Shown: positions 10,849-23,000 of the stretch, one piece after another | How the letters are laid out: every line of letters starts with the position of its first letter | Numbering within the stretch: position 1 is the first letter of the stretch | Assembly: GCA_047495785.1 (NCBI GenBank) | Contig: JBLDXI010000031.1 | Coordinates: 62,001-126,000 of the forward strand | DNA length: 64,000 nucleotides | Reading direction: 5' to 3' | From: Lepidodermella squamata | Taxonomy: Eukaryota; Animalia; Gastrotricha | Notes under the pieces: model-generated | Databases searched by the model: none | The model's input: only the letters and a program-made list of their open reading frames with translations | Told to the model about the DNA's origin: nothing | Program-made: the position numbers and the translations under genes

Positions 10849-13800
10849 CTATTGAAAATCTTCCAAATGGTCGTGCTGCTGTAAGGATGACTGTTGCTGG
10901 CCGGGCGACGGCGCCGTCGTCAACAGGCGCTGGTTCAAATCCGCAAACAACGAATGGCTAGTAACGAGTTCCGGGTGCGTCATCGCCACATTCGTCATGC
11001 CCCAGTTGAAGTACTGCATCAAATTTTTGAAATACCCAGCCAGCGAAGAAAATTTCGCATCACGGACCAGGGCATTCGGCGCGAAATGGCGCATGTTAAA
11101 CGCCTCGTCCGCCACTTTGTACAGCGAGTTCAACTCGCGGACTTTGCCCGGCTCTGTCAGCCCGGGCACGTCCGGGTCGAAGAACAACAGGCCGCACAGG
11201 ATGGCGAACTCGGCGACGGACGGCTGCCACGTGGCCACGCCCGTGCCGGCGTCGCGCAGGTGCTTGGCGCACAGGTCCGTCGGGTCGTTGAACAGGTAGC
11301 GCAGCACCTGGCGCGACTGCTCGTCGTGCAGGTTGAAGTAGTTGACGAAGCCGGTGCGCGGGTCGTAGTCGAGCGACATTTGCGCGAGCAGGATCGGGCA
11401 GAACGCGTTGCCGAACAGATTGAGCCGGTCCGGCATGGACAGCTGCTCGAAGCCGGGCATGAAGCGGATGAAACGCGTTATGGCGACGAGGGCCGGCTCA
11501 AAGTTGGTCGACATGAGCAGCTTCCACGCTTCACCCAGCGACATTTCGAAGCTGAGCCGCGCCGACTGCACGAGTCGAATGTCGCCCAGTGCACTGAAAT
11601 AAGAAACGCATGTGTAAATAATAAGTTGCTGTTTTTTAACCTCGAAAAACGCCGAGACGCGCACACACTCGCTTTGCGTTTGCTTTTCTTCTTTTCGTCG
11701 AGTGCGCGTAATAAAAACGCTACGCACTTTTGCTTGCAATAAAACGCAGGACGCGCAGGTCACGCAATAATTAAAAGCAGAAAGCAAGAGCTTTCTTTTC
11801 TACCCGTTCTAATTATGGCTGGTGGTGGAGACAACACCTCAATTTCAAGCGCGAACGAAATTTAGAGATTTCTGAACATCGCGTTAATTTACAATCAATT
11901 TATGCAATGGGAAAATGTTCATTGATCAGGAAAATAGCGGTCAAGCCAATTCTAGAATGGTGAATATTTGAATTTTTGCAGCGATTTTTACCAGATAAAA
12001 TTAACTCGACTTTTAATTTTAAGGTTTTTTGAAAACCAAAATTCTGATTAATAACAAATGAATCGAAAAGGGAGAATGGTAGTGCTAATTAAATAAAAAA
12101 AAATGAAATAAAAAATTAATGAGTAATCAATTCGTTCTAGCTCTCCTCTCCGCCTTCGCAATGGCCTAATATCCCAGATTATTAAAAACACTTAAGAAAA
12201 TAAATTGAAGCTGAATCTACGCTCGAGGGCAATCGCGCTCGCATGAATCTAGGGCGTGTAAATAGTAGTAATAATTAGCCAAGTCTTACTTTGATGCGTC
12301 GATGGATCGCCGAAGCACGTCGTCGATCAAAAACGACTGGCCGTTGGTCCACAACGCGTTGTCGACCCGCAGCGGCTTTTCAGGCGCGGGCACGCGGTGA
12401 GACGACGCCGGCGGCATCGGAAACGCCGGCATCACAAAGTGCTGCTGCGCCTGGTGCTGTTGCAGCGAAATGCCAGGCGGCGGTTGATTTCGAATGTTAT
12501 TCACCTAGAAAAATAAAGAAAAAAAACTATTGAAAAATCCACCTTAATATTTCGCCTAGCAATTTATATTGGGGCGCGCTACAGCAATATAACGCGACCT
12601 GGGCCGGTAATAAAAAGTGACCTATCAAAATAATTTATTACCGGTGCGAAATGTGCCAAATTTCGAAAATCGAGTAAAGGTTGCGAAGAGGTGTTGCTGC
12701 CACTGGCCGAAGTCGACGGCGCGTCACCGCGCGTCGCCGAGCGATTGTGTGCGCTGAACTGTACCAGTTCTTGGATAAAATTCGACACCTGCGAGTAGTT
12801 GGCCGACGACGGATTGCGCGCGTCGTTGCCCGACGCCGCCGCGGCAATGTTGACCAGCAGTGCTGAGGAAGAGGACGACGACGAACCGGGCGAGTTCATC
12901 GGCTCGTTCGACATGGGCGTTCGCACGTTAGCGGCGGCGTGCGACGACGACGACGGCGAATCGGAATTGGAATCGCCGCCGCTGTTCGACGCCTGCGCCA
13001 GATAATTTGAGCACATTGTTTTCACGTAGGACTTGTACGGCGAGTACGGCTGCGAGAAGCCGCTGTTGAGGCCGTCATTCGACGCCGACGACGACGGCTG
13101 CGGCGAGAGTTTTGCACCCGGCCGCATCGCCACCGGTTTAGTCAGGCCTCGGTACATAGTTGGCGAGGGCATCGAAGAGTTCACTACACAAAAATAAATA
13201 ATTAACACTCCTTAATAAAAAGTGCGGTCCTCGCATTTGCAATCCTCAATGAGCGAAACACGCAATGAGGTCATGACCTAGACAGCTAATTTTTATTACC
13301 TTCGTCGAGTAGTGGGTCCATGTTGAAGCCACCGGGCGGTGTTGGCGAGTCAGAGGTCAAGCTGACTTTACTGCTGCGATGCGCGTTACTTCCACTGGTT
13401 TGCATTGGAATTGGCGACGGCGACGTGAAGCCGTGCTCGAATGCATTGCCCATGTCTGCTGTCGCTACTTGACTGTCAGAAAGTGAAAGCCCAACCGATA
13501 ATGAGTCAGAGTTATCCACAACCGCTATTTAAAACAAAAAAAAATTAAAAATCTTGGAAAAATTTTCTTTGCTTACCTTTCGAGGTATCTTCGTTGCTGG
13601 AACTGATTTTTGATGGTTTCCCTTCCTCCAATTCCTTGTTCTTCTTGTTCTTCGTCCAGCCGCAGCGTTGCTGCCGCCGGTAGACTAAACTGGGTAGAAG
13701 GCGGTTTTCAGTCGCCAGCTGCTGCACACGGGCGCAAGTTTCGAGTTTCCGCTGAATCGAATGCCGCCCGGTTCGCACGCCGTCTATCGACATGCCGGCG

Positions 13801-15575
13801 GCGACACAGGCGTCGTAGCGACACCGCTTACACCGCGCCATGTGATTGTTAGTCGACGACGCTGAGCCCGAAGCGGCGGCTTTCTTCGACTTGGCCGACG
13901 AAGCAGCGCCGCTTTTCTCGCCATCAGCGTCTTTTTTGCACTGGTATGTTTTGTGTTTTGAGAGGGACCGGCGGAAAAAGCCTTTACAACCTTCGCAAGA
14001 CATGACACCGAAATGATAGCCGCTACCTATGAAGTAAAATAAGAATTCTCATTAAAAAAGACATGACCCAATTTTTTAATGGTAGTAATAAAATGTGTCG
14101 CAATGACCTAATTTTTAAAAGTGCGGTCCGCGGTTTTACAAAACGCACACGCGTAATAAAAGTAACAATGAGTAATCTACAGGGAAAAGCGGATGAAAAA
14201 GCAAGAAAAAATCTTACTAGAGGCACCACAGACTTGACATGGAATGAGACGAACATCAACAGGTTGATTACCGCCGCTCGACGACGATGCCCTATGCGCG
14301 GCCAAATCGCCGCCGGCGTCGTCGTCCGACTCGCCACCGCTGCCCGTAGTTGCTTCCAGCTTAATGTTGGGCCGATTTGAGTTGGATGTGACGGAACTGA
14401 GACCAGCGTTCTGCCGCTCGACAATCACGTCGTGGCAGCGCTGAAACCGGCAGTGCCAGCATAACGGGGTGACTTTAGACGTTGCGAGGGTGCTTGAGCT
14501 CGACGTCGGCGTGGGTGAAGTTGCTGCACAGGTACATTTAGCACTAGCCGCCGCATCACTTCCTTTCGATTTGCAGCGCAGGTAAAATTTCTACAAAAAA
14601 ACGGACGGACGTCAAATATTTGAATGAAATTTCTATTTCAATCTATCAAATTTTCACGAGTTACTTTCGACAGAAGATTCTGTCGGAAGGTTAATAATCA
14701 GCTTTTGCTTTAAATTTGAACCAAATTTGGCAGCAAGAAACTATTCAATTTCTCTTATTTTTGACAAATTAAAATGCGTTCAGGGAATTTTCCTAAAAGT
14801 TGAGAATTTCTGTGGGAAAATTAAAAAAAAATTAAAATAAGCGAAATTAAAATCGTCGCCTAAAAATAACGGTGTGCCAGACGGTGTGAAAAAAATCAAT
14901 ATAAATTTATTGCACATGTAGAGAGAGACACGGAAAATTGAGTAAATAAGCCTAGGTGAGGATCCTAGTCCGTGACACGATGTGCCACCCTGTAGTCAGC
15001 TGACGAAACATCCATGGATTTAGGACAGTTCGGTTTGGCAATCTCAATAGCACGTCTTTTTTTTTTAATTTTTCAAATTTCTTAAATAATGAAACAAATT
15101 GAAAAAATCGAGAAACGAAAATTCGGTCAATTTTCTGTGAGTTTGCCGAAAAGTTGCGTATTCCTTAGTAAAATCCTAATTTTTAAGGTGGAATTTTAAA
15201 AAAGCAAAATGTTGCGTTTGATCAGTTTCTAGTTTAGTTTTGCCCTCTAAATAGGACAAAATACAGAAAAATGCCAACCTTGCAAGCGCCGCAAATAACC
15301 GGCAGTCGAGTTGCTGATGCACCGCTGCCGCCGACAGTTAAAAAATTCGCCGAGGTCGACAAGTTGAGCGGCGACGACGATGTTTTCACCGGCGTTGTCG
15401 ACACAACGTCCAAATCGTCGTCGCTTTTCTTCGGCGACACCGACTCGGCGCCGTTCGCCTTGTGGTGCTTCGACGCCTTGAAGCCGCTCGGCGTGCTGCT
15501 GTTCGACGTCGGCGACGCCACGACACGATTGCACACCTGGCAAATCATGCTGACTTCAACCGGCGTCGACGCCAT
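10849..15575 (-). CDS. Nuclear receptor with two DNA-binding domains (2DBD-NR), paralog A; exons 15575-15279, 14590-14218, 14026-13577, 13524-13300, 13183-12642, 12504-12290, 11593-10849
   Basis: DBD1 CQVC...CGACK|KFYLR...CTC...CWHCRFQRC; DBD2 [28 protein letters not shown]...[15 protein letters not shown]; LBD signature [20 protein letters not shown] and [18 protein letters not shown]; all junctions GT-AG and in frame. Confidence 0.9.
13268..13279. promoter_or_regulatory. Perfect palindromic nuclear-receptor response element AGGTCATGACCT (IR0) in intron 4 of paralog A
   Basis: Exact 12-mer read from the sequence. Confidence 0.6.
14064..14114 (-). promoter_or_regulatory. Two ROR/Rev-erb-type extended half-sites (AAATTGGGTCA, AAATTAGGTCA) in intron 2 of paralog A
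   Basis: tgacccaattt at 14064 and tgacctaattt at 14104 on the + strand match WAWNTRGGTCA on the minus strand. Confidence 0.5.
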
Positions 15576-17919
15576 TTTTGTTCTTATCGATAGGTACACA
15601 CAAAAATTTGAATTAATGTAATAAAATTCTAACAATCATCGTCCGCGTCAAATGCACCTATAATAAATAAAACGAATTTAATAAGAGGCCAGATTGTTGC
15701 AAAAGTCTGCCACGAGGTTTGCTGGTCGCGTGTGTAAAAGCAGACAAAGCAGAAAAGTGAAAAACGGGGACAAGGCGACGATTCTATCCTCATGATAAAA
15801 ACGAAGATTCCTAGTCATAACTAGCAAGCCACGCTTGTGTGTATGTAAATGGCAGCAGCACAGAAAAAAATCGAGCTGGCTATGCGTATATAGTATATAG
15901 TAATATGCGTACGAAAGAGGAACACGGCTTGTATTGTAATAATAATAATGATACTACTGCAAAAGCGACATGTAATAAAAATGCGAGTATTAAAGCGCAC
16001 ACATCTCATATTATTATACGTTTTTCTATGAAAAGTACGCAGACACACACACAAATACAAACACACGATAAAATAGAGGCTAGTGCAACTAATAATGCTG
16101 CGAACTAGCACCTGAGTTGACGTAAGTTTGAGAGCCACGCCAGTTAGCTGGCTATTGTAAGGTTTCGCTGTATCGAAGTTCAATTGACGCTAATCTAATC
16201 GTATAGATAGGTACTATTCGAAATTGACTATACACATATGAAAGTAGGTAATATTATCCTATATTCTATGCTGCCGAAATGCAAGAAAAATTTGGAGAAT
16301 ATTTCACATTAATCACACGCTTATAACGTCTTGGTCAAAATGAAAGTAAGAAACAACTAAAAATAGCCGGCCAACTGTTCGAGCTTTAGACATGTACGCG
16401 CATCCATCGGCTAATAAATTATTAACATCGAATTAGTACATCATTGCAACACAGACGTCTACTTTCCCCACCTTTCCGTCTTCTTTATAAATCGATTAAA
16501 AAATTGCACGCTACAACAGAATTTATTATTTTATGGTGTAATATTATTAGGTCCATTAAACGCCAAGGCCCGTCAGAAAAAACCGAAAACTCTGCCGGGT
16601 TCAAGGAAAAAACACACATGAAAACAGCTATCTTGTGTTCTGAGTGAATGCCAAGATAACGCTAAAAAAGCTGCTCTGGATTCTGGACGATGGGGGAAAA
16701 TTGAAATTCCTTCAAAATGATGAAAAAACATCTAGACAGCGGTAAATTTCGGTAATTATTTTGAGAATTTTCTGAGCGAAAATAAGAAAAATTGCGGGCT
16801 GAACGTGATCCAGTTATTTGAAAGGCTCTGAAAAATTGGGAGAATTTTTATTGATGATTCATTACAGACGCTTTGAGAAATAGCAATAACGCAAGCGATA
16901 AATGCGCAAATGAGGGTAGTACATGCACTCTAAAATTAATAATACCTAATTCGTCCTTAAGACAAATGGAATTGGAAAAAAATACCGACAATTTTTCAAG
17001 TGGTCGATGTCGATAATTTTAAAAGTCGGACACGGACAGAGCAAGGCTTCGCTTTTCTAACAGGACAAGGCGTGATGTTCTTCCTGGGAAAGCGTGTCAC
17101 AAAAAAAATTGGAGCACATGATGTAATAATGAGCGGCGCGATTGTCACAGAGCAGCTGAATCGACTCGTTATTCAAATAGTCAATAATATTGTTGTTGTT
17201 TTCTAAGATGCTCATTTTGGACTCGGTATTTTCGGACACCCTTTGAACAAGAATTCCTCCGAAACTACTAGGTATAAACAACGTTCGATAAAACAACAAA
17301 AGATAGCCATGAGTTTCTTCTGTCAAATGACATGTAAAACACGATAAATGTATCAGTCTACGAAGAATGGTTCAACTTATTCATCGGGGCGCTCCAATGT
17401 TGAGAATTTCTCATAGATCAAAATTCATAGTCAAGACGCGCTTGAAATTTTTGAAACTTCATAACTTCGTAACAAAAGCATCGAGTCATTGACGATTCAA
17501 ATCACTAGATATGCAATTGTTTTTTCGTCCCATATAATCTGCTCACAGATTGTTTGATCTGTACTGTAAAAAAAAGTTCGCTATTTAACACTTGGCATTT
17601 AGCACGGCCGGTTATTTAGAATAAAAAATAAATTCTAAATAAATTCTCATTGACTACCTATTCCGTTTTTATGACTTTTCAAGTAAAACTGGCAAAACGG
17701 TAACCTGGCTGACGTATCCTAAGAATTCATCCGGATGAATCTATATTCAAAAAACTAAGGTGATTGAAATTTTCAGCGAAATCAGAACCTGATGCGAACT
17801 ATGCGCCCAGGTGTCTAGTTTTGCATACGGTTGTCCAACTAGTTTCTAATTTTCCTGAAAATTCAAAAATTGGATTCGAGAAAAATTCGGCCGTGAAAGG
17901 GATAAAGAGCGCAAGCAAA

Positions 17920-18545
17920 GGAAATGCACGGAAAAGGGTTCAGAAACTCTAAAATGAGAGACGAAGTACCTGAGAATTTTTAGAAAAATCACGAGAGTAG
18001 CAAATAAGTTTGTCACTTGTTAATGTGATTTTTCGGTTAAATCGCGGATAAAAGATGGAATATTCTCTCGATAGGTTCAATTTAAAACAATTAGTTGAAT
18101 TTCCTACGAAAAGCTGCTAAATTAAAAACCAGTTGTACAACTTCTGTGACACTGTAAATCTAGGAAACTGAAAACGTTTTCACCATTACTTCGATTGCAA
18201 TAGTTGTCCATTAAAATTTTATTGCTAATTTATTTGTGCTAAATTGTCTTTGAATTATTCGAAACTTAAGCATAAAACATTCTTACCGATTTCGGCGTTT
18301 TTGTTTTTGATCGATAATGATGTCCTCCCTAAACGTAGGATTTTTTATTTAAGCTACCTGGCGCCCTAAGCTACGTAGAAAAATTATCGATGTTGGGTTC
18401 CAAGACGGCTGACATGGGAAAAATCACTGATTTTTAAAATCGATACTATGAATCGATATCGGCTCTACAGGCTGAAGTATGAGTTGTAAACTGACCGCTT
18501 ATAGCGCAAAATACGCGCAATACGAAGATCTATCGGTTAGGCTTG
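17920..18545 (+). repeat. Dispersed repeat; related copy at ~21930-22410, partial copy at ~27410-27475
   Basis: Collinear shared blocks aaatgcacggaaaagggttcagaaa, gataaaagatgga, aaaatcgatact, tagcgcaaaata, gatctatcggttag. Confidence 0.8.
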
Positions 18546-20063
18546 ATAGCAAATAAATTTAGACTCTAGTGAAGACGTGAAACTCAAAAATCCATATTCA
18601 GTGGAAATCTAGTGCTGGAGTCTCAAAATTAGTTGCCACACCCTTATTTTATCGAAATATTTTTAGCTGGCGTTTGCTCGGATCTCACAACTGAAATATC
18701 GGATTATGCCAAACTATCTCCACACGATGTCCAGATCTCTTCGAACCGGCCGCATTAAAAGTTGGGTGTAAATCTTTCCACCATCAATTTCAGGTTCTCT
18801 ACCATCAAATTTGAGCTTTCGCCAACGAAACAGAAACCGGCCCGAAAACTGATTTAGTCGAAAGCTATTTCATTTTTAGGCTTGATGGCGAATTTAGGTT
18901 TCGATTGGGTTCGAGGTCCCGAAATTTATGGTAAAAGGCCCATATTTTATGGTATGTATAGTATGAAAGCATTTTCCCGTGAAAATTTCGCTAAATCATG
19001 CGAAAAATGTGTTGGACAATCGATAATAGGGCTGAAATCGAATATCTAATTTGTCTTGTAAAGGAGGTTCGAAGGAAGAATACCAGCCGCCACGCGATTC
19101 GAACCAGACATGCGATTCGAACTTTTCCCATAAAAAAAATCGCGGTGTGCAAGTGATCTGATTTTAGCAGCAATTAAGTAAACATGAAACTAGAATTGAT
19201 CTGGCTCGAGCTTTTTACTACGAGCAATGCATTCGATGACGCTCGAGTCATAGCAGTGTTAACCCAGCTAACTGGACACGTGGCGTTTTCAATATTATAG
19301 TAGCAAGCTTACATATAGGTATGCTCTATTATTTTGTTTTATATGCTAATCACACCGCGTGTGTTTTATTGCCACAGGCTATAACATAGCAGCGCTTAGT
19401 TGTGACTGAGAAAGCGTGTTCTAAGCGGAGCTAAAAATACTTGATTGCATTTCACACCCAAATCGGCTGGTGTAACGCCGTGAAATACTCGAGATAATAT
19501 TTTGATCTTCCGCCATAATAAAATAAGAAGAAAAAATAGAGAAAATAAATCGAAAAATTCTCTTATCGAATTTGCAGCTCCAGATTTTAATGGGTTTTTC
19601 TCATTTTTGAATGACATACTGGCAAAAAATCGAGAAGGACGAGGGAACCCATTTTCACTCCTGAATTTGCTCCCTAATTGGATGATAATCTGGTGGCATG
19701 AGTCATCGTGCAAAACCAGCATGCAAAAAAAAATTCTAAGAAATTAAAAAAAAATTGGATGAAAAAAGACGCGGAAAATTTCTCAATATTCTTCTTCATT
19801 TCTTTGTTCTGTTATTTTTTCGTAAGCGCCGAAACAAAAATATATAGATACATAGTATATTTCCAATACACGTGTCTCCAATAAATGAAGTTGATCAATA
19901 ACATAACGTTACATTTTTTTCCACGAATTTTACATTGGAAACAATGATTATTTTTTCATCATTTCTCACAAATATATCAGCAAAAAAAGAGAGACGGCTC
20001 AAAAATACATCTTCAACAATAAGTAAACCGAGTGTTTTCCATCCAGATCAGTCACTTCTACTA

Positions 20064-23000
20064 TTAGCTGTTGTTGATCAATGGCGGGTGAAAATTCGAC
20101 GCCGACGACGATGGGTAATTGTTGTCGTCGATCAACGGCTCGCCTTCGACGCGGAACATGTTCGGGTGATTGCGCAATTTCCGCGTCAAATATTTGTGCA
20201 TTTCCGCCCACAACGGGTGCACGTTGACAAAATCCGGCCTTTCGGCTTCAATCGATTTCATAACCACGCCCAGCCATTGGTACATCGGCTTCATGTACCG
20301 AACGAGTGATGAGAAGCGTTGAGGCGCTGACATTAATTGCTGCGATGAGTTGGACGACGACGACGAAGACGGATCGGACGAGGACGATGATGAGCCTAAA
20401 TTACGCTGCGCGTTGAAAGTTTCGTCCGCCATGCGGTACGCTTCCATGATTTGCCGCACTTTCTCCGGCTCTTGCAGATCAGGCACGGACGGATCGAAAA
20501 ACAGCAGGCCGCAAAACAGCGAAAATTCGAGCTGAAAAACGAAGAAACAATAAATAAAAAGTCCGCCTTAAAATAATAATGTGCGCAATAAAAAAGATGC
20601 GAGAATGCGAGGACCTCAAAACGCACTAGGTCAAAAGATGCGAGAGCAACAGCAAGCAATAAAAACGTAAAAGCGAATTATTATTACCGTGTTCGGCTTC
20701 CACGTTGAGATTGTTAGCCCGGCGTCGTTCATTTGCCGTTCGAGCATGTCGCCGGGGCCACACAGCAGAAATTTGAGCATTTCACGCGCTTCAGGCGTCG
20801 ACTCACAGAAGAAATTTGGCGTGCGTGACGTCATGTCGTAGGACAGCGACAACTGCGCAACCAAGATAGGGAAATACGCCTGCAAGAGAGCAACAATATT
20901 TCTTCAAAAATTCTTGACGAAGAATTGAAAAAAACAAAATTCGGAAAAATTGCAGATAAATTTGAAGAAAAAAAAATAAAATATTACCTGAGTAAATAAA
21001 ACAACGCGATCGGCTTGGCAAAGTTCGCGAAAACCGGGCAGTAGCCGAACAAAGGAGGATACAGAGTTGACGAAAGAATCGAACAGGTGGTGCATCACAG
21101 ACGTCCACGCTTCGAGCGGGTCCATGTCGAAGGTTAGGTGCAACTCGGGCACTTCCGTTATCCTCGTCAGGTACGCGTTCGATTCGAGCAGCCGCTGTGC
21201 AACTGATTGGACAGAATCGACGCGTAGAAATTGCAGAGCCGACGGGGGAGGCATGGCGAGCGGCATTTGGATGCCTGAAACAAAGAAATCAAATATTTTA
21301 GACAAAGAGCACAAAAAAGAACACACAAATTCAGAAAATTTCACGCACCAAAAAATAGAACAAATCTTTATAATTTTAAAAGTTTCAATTGCTGCAACCT
21401 TTATTTTCAGTTTTGAACATCGCCATTCATCAAAATAAGGCTTATTAAGGGAATAAGGCAATTAAGCCGAAGAGTCGAAACTTAGCCTTGTAAATGACTA
21501 AATTTCGAAAATTTCGAGACGAAAATCCAAAAAGCTGCTGTCAATTTATACACTGCCCTAAATTTTCCGATTCAAAACTAAATTTTAGTTAATATTAGCA
21601 GGAGAAGAAAAACGAGAAGAAAACAGATTATTAGTTAAATATGTGGTCTTCTGATTTTAGAAATCGGAAGCGCCCGGAAACTATTTTTTTCTGAGTTTGG
21701 TATTTCATGAAACGGGTCTAAATAGTATTTACACCAAAATCGCACTACATTTTTCTGATTTTTCGCGATTTCGGCGATTTCTTTTCTCCCCCGATATTGA
21801 TGCGCCCATAACCCGGAAATTTTTGCTTCAGCTACCTGGCACCCTGAACAAGGAGGAAATACATATTGATGGCTTTCCAGGCTGATGATATCGGAAATAC
21901 AGCGTGTCCCATAAGTAACGCATGCAAAGAAAATGCACGGAAAAGGGTTCAGAAATTTTAAAATGAGAGACGAAGTCACACCTTGTGGCCAGAAAATATT
22001 TAGAAAAATTCAAAATATCATAAGAATAGTAATTAAGTATGCGTCACTTTCAATGGGATTAAAAAATTCCGGAGAAATTAGGTACAACCCGGTAAAATAC
22101 CGAAAATTACCGAACCAGTTACCATCGGGGTTTTCCGGGATTTCTCCGGTAAATTTGGTATTTCTTCGGTTAAATCGCCGATAAAAGATGGACATTTTCT
22201 CGGTAGGTTTATTTTAATAAAATTAATGAATTTCCTACTAAAATTTGCCAAATTAATAAATAGTTGCGCAAATTCTGGGACACTCTGTATCACTGATTCG
22301 TAAAATCGATACTTGAAATCGATATCGGCTCCGCAGACTAAATTAGAAGTCGTAAACAGACCGCCAATAGCGCAAAATATGCGTAAAAGAGAGATCTATC
22401 GGTTAGACATAACTGTAAAAAATGTTCCTTCTAGGAAAGACGAGAAACTCGAAAATCGAAAAAATCTAGAGCTCGTACTCTAAATTTAAACAAAATTTCA
22501 CAGATTTTTTAAAAATATTACGATTTTTTATTTTTAAAATAAAATGATTGCAAACGCATTGTATTACCTGGATTTTGGTATGGCATGTGGTGAAGCGGAT
22601 GCTGTTGCTGCTGTTGGCTGTGAAGCTGATGGCTCGTACCCGGCTGAGACATCGGGTTGTTGCTACCAGAAGCCGTAGCGGCCTGCAGGTGGTTACTGAA
22701 CGCCGTCGTAAATTGCAACTGCCCACCGAAATTCGCCGTCGACGTCATTGTAGCCGTGCCAATACTGCTACTACTCGTACCCCCACCGCCCATTGTCATC
22801 GACGACCGCCACGGCGCAACCTGTTGATCAACAGGCGCTGTTATTGTTGTCGAGGTCAGTTCTTGCTGTAGAGAATCAGCTTTCAGCCGTTTGCTACTAC
22901 CCCCAAACCCAGCCAACAACTCGGCGCTGTTGTTCGACGGCGAGTCCAACCCGTTGAATGTCAACCCGCCGCGGCCTGACAACGGCGTGCCAAGGGCGCT

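Noticed and set aside
10894-11742. 282-aa + strand ORF and other long ORFs opposite the NR exons (e.g. 15271, 22548, 29524)
   Set aside because: Antisense shadows of GC-rich coding exons; no domain features of their own
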